DNA from: a virus
Lineage: Duplodnaviria; Caudoviricetes
Direction: 5' to 3' (one strand)
Virus record (IMG/VR): IMGVR_UViG_3300027874_000158
Coordinates: 1 to 24,521 of that record
DNA: 24,521 nucleotides
Both the position numbers and the translations under genes were made by a program. Below the pieces are notes generated by a model that was given only the letters and a program-made list of their open reading frames with translations, did not search any database and had not been told where the DNA came from. Of the stretch, positions 23,768-24,521 are shown in pieces (within the stretch, counting starts at the first letter, position 1; each line of letters begins with the position of its first letter).

Positions 23768-24003
23768 GGTCCGGGGTTGTCGCGGTAGAATTGCTTAAGC
23801 CTCCACTCGCGCTCTTCGGGTGGGGCGCTCGCCTCGATCAGTTGCCCGACCGCCTTGCCCCACGTAATCCAATCCTTCTCGGCTTGCGTTTTGTGCGCGC
23901 GCACCAAGGCCTCGATCTCGCGTTGCCACGCGCGCTCGTCCTGGCGGATCACCAGTGCAGATAGGATGATGACAACAATCCCTAATCCGAGGTAAAAGAA
24001 CAT
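23752..24003 (-). CDS. Small membrane-anchored protein, 83 aa
   Basis: MFFYLGLGIVVIILSALVI transmembrane segment followed by a charged helix. Confidence 0.65.
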   Translation of the reverse strand: MFFYLGLGIVVIILSALVIRQDERAWQREIEALVRAHKTQAEKDWITWGKAVGQLIEASAPPEEREWRLKQFYRDNPGPWKTE

Positions 24004-24034
24004 GTTTGGAGATCCATTTCGGCTTCGTTTCTCT

Positions 24035-24069
24035 GGCCCCGGGCTGAATTGTCCGGGGCCGTTTTTGTT
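24035..24069 (+). terminator. Intrinsic terminator oriented for + strand transcripts
   Basis: GGCCCCGGGC-TGAATT-GTCCGGGGCC 10-bp stem (one G-U) followed by GTTTTTGTT. Confidence 0.72.
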
Positions 24070-24409
24070 AGAGCGTAGGCTTTTCCCCACGCTCTAAACT
24101 CCACCGCGTCCATCGCGGCGGTCTACGATTGTGTGCTTGTTGTTTTGGTGTTGCCCATCGGCAATTACCGGGTTCGTAGTCACCATCTTTATTGGGGTAG
24201 CGATCGAGTGAGTGTCGCACGCTTGGTCTACGACCCATGTCAGTGAGAAAATTTTCGTAAACGTGCCACCGATTGCAAACTTTGATCCCATAATAGAGCC
24301 CACCTTTTTTTGCATTCCGACATCGGCTCAGCATTGAAAGCCAGATACGGTATTCTGGCTCAACGCGTGCACGCGCCTCTTTACTTTGTGGATCACGATG
24401 GCGACCCAT
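24068..24409 (-). CDS. Phage HNH-type endonuclease, 113 aa
   Basis: YRIWLSMLSRC, GIKVCNRW, FLTDMG.RP, HSLDR...GDYEPGNCRWAT..QQ..NRR; SD AGGAGG. Confidence 0.9.
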   Translation of the reverse strand: MGRHRDPQSKEARARVEPEYRIWLSMLSRCRNAKKGGLYYGIKVCNRWHVYENFLTDMGRRPSVRHSLDRYPNKDGDYEPGNCRWATPKQQAHNRRPPRWTRWSLERGEKPTL

Positions 24410-24462
24410 TTCCACCTCCTCTTCGGTTTCCCACTCTCCCCACTTTCGCCGTTATCGTCAAG

Positions 24463-24521
24463 TCAGCGCACGACGAATCCGCTCGAATCTTTCTTGGCCT
24501 TGCTCCCTTTGGGCGTGAGCC
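24463..24521 (-). CDS. 3' end of a gene running off the window (LTPKGSKAKKDSSGFVVR*)
   Basis: Resembles a GLxxKGxAKKDxSGFVV C-terminus I recall from Gp88-like phage proteins; only 18 codons visible and the frame is uncertain. Confidence 0.4.
   Translation of the reverse strand, partial: LTPKGSKAKKDSSGFVVR

Noticed and set aside
1-24521. Alternative genetic code, diversity-generating retroelement, tRNAs, anti-phage defence genes
   Set aside because: Genes are intact in the standard code with all three stops used; no reverse transcriptase, template/variable repeat pair, cloverleaf or recognisable defence domain was seen.

Overview
A 24.5 kb fragment of a GC-rich dsDNA tailed phage, most likely podovirus-like; an alphaproteobacterial host is a weak inference. 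The + strand from about 157 to 17096 is one tightly coupled virion operon: portal (5'-truncated), small head genes, scaffold, free-standing HNH endonuclease, major capsid, decoration-like protein, adaptor, nozzle, GNAT-fold protein, five Gly/Pro/Gln-rich ejection-like proteins (one with a lytic transglycosylase domain) and a membrane protein. Most of 17121-24521 is on the - strand (zinc-finger protein, YqaJ exonuclease plus ERF annealase, small hypotheticals, a second HNH), interrupted by a + strand HTH regulator and a two-domain RlpA-like/amidase endolysin. The main hidden signal is an array of six tiny, closely chained, extremely Arg/Lys-rich protamine-like ORFs (16-51 aa, 7787-8832), nearly all absent from the ORF track, plus a seventh at 21611-21754. 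Just downstream lie the GNAT-fold gene and three proteins sharing an N-terminal poly-Gly-Lys-poly-Gly tag. The first 253 nt are a fold-back inverted repeat, probably an artefact. No tRNA, rRNA, CRISPR, integrase or terminase was seen. All family calls come from motif recognition by eye, not database searches.
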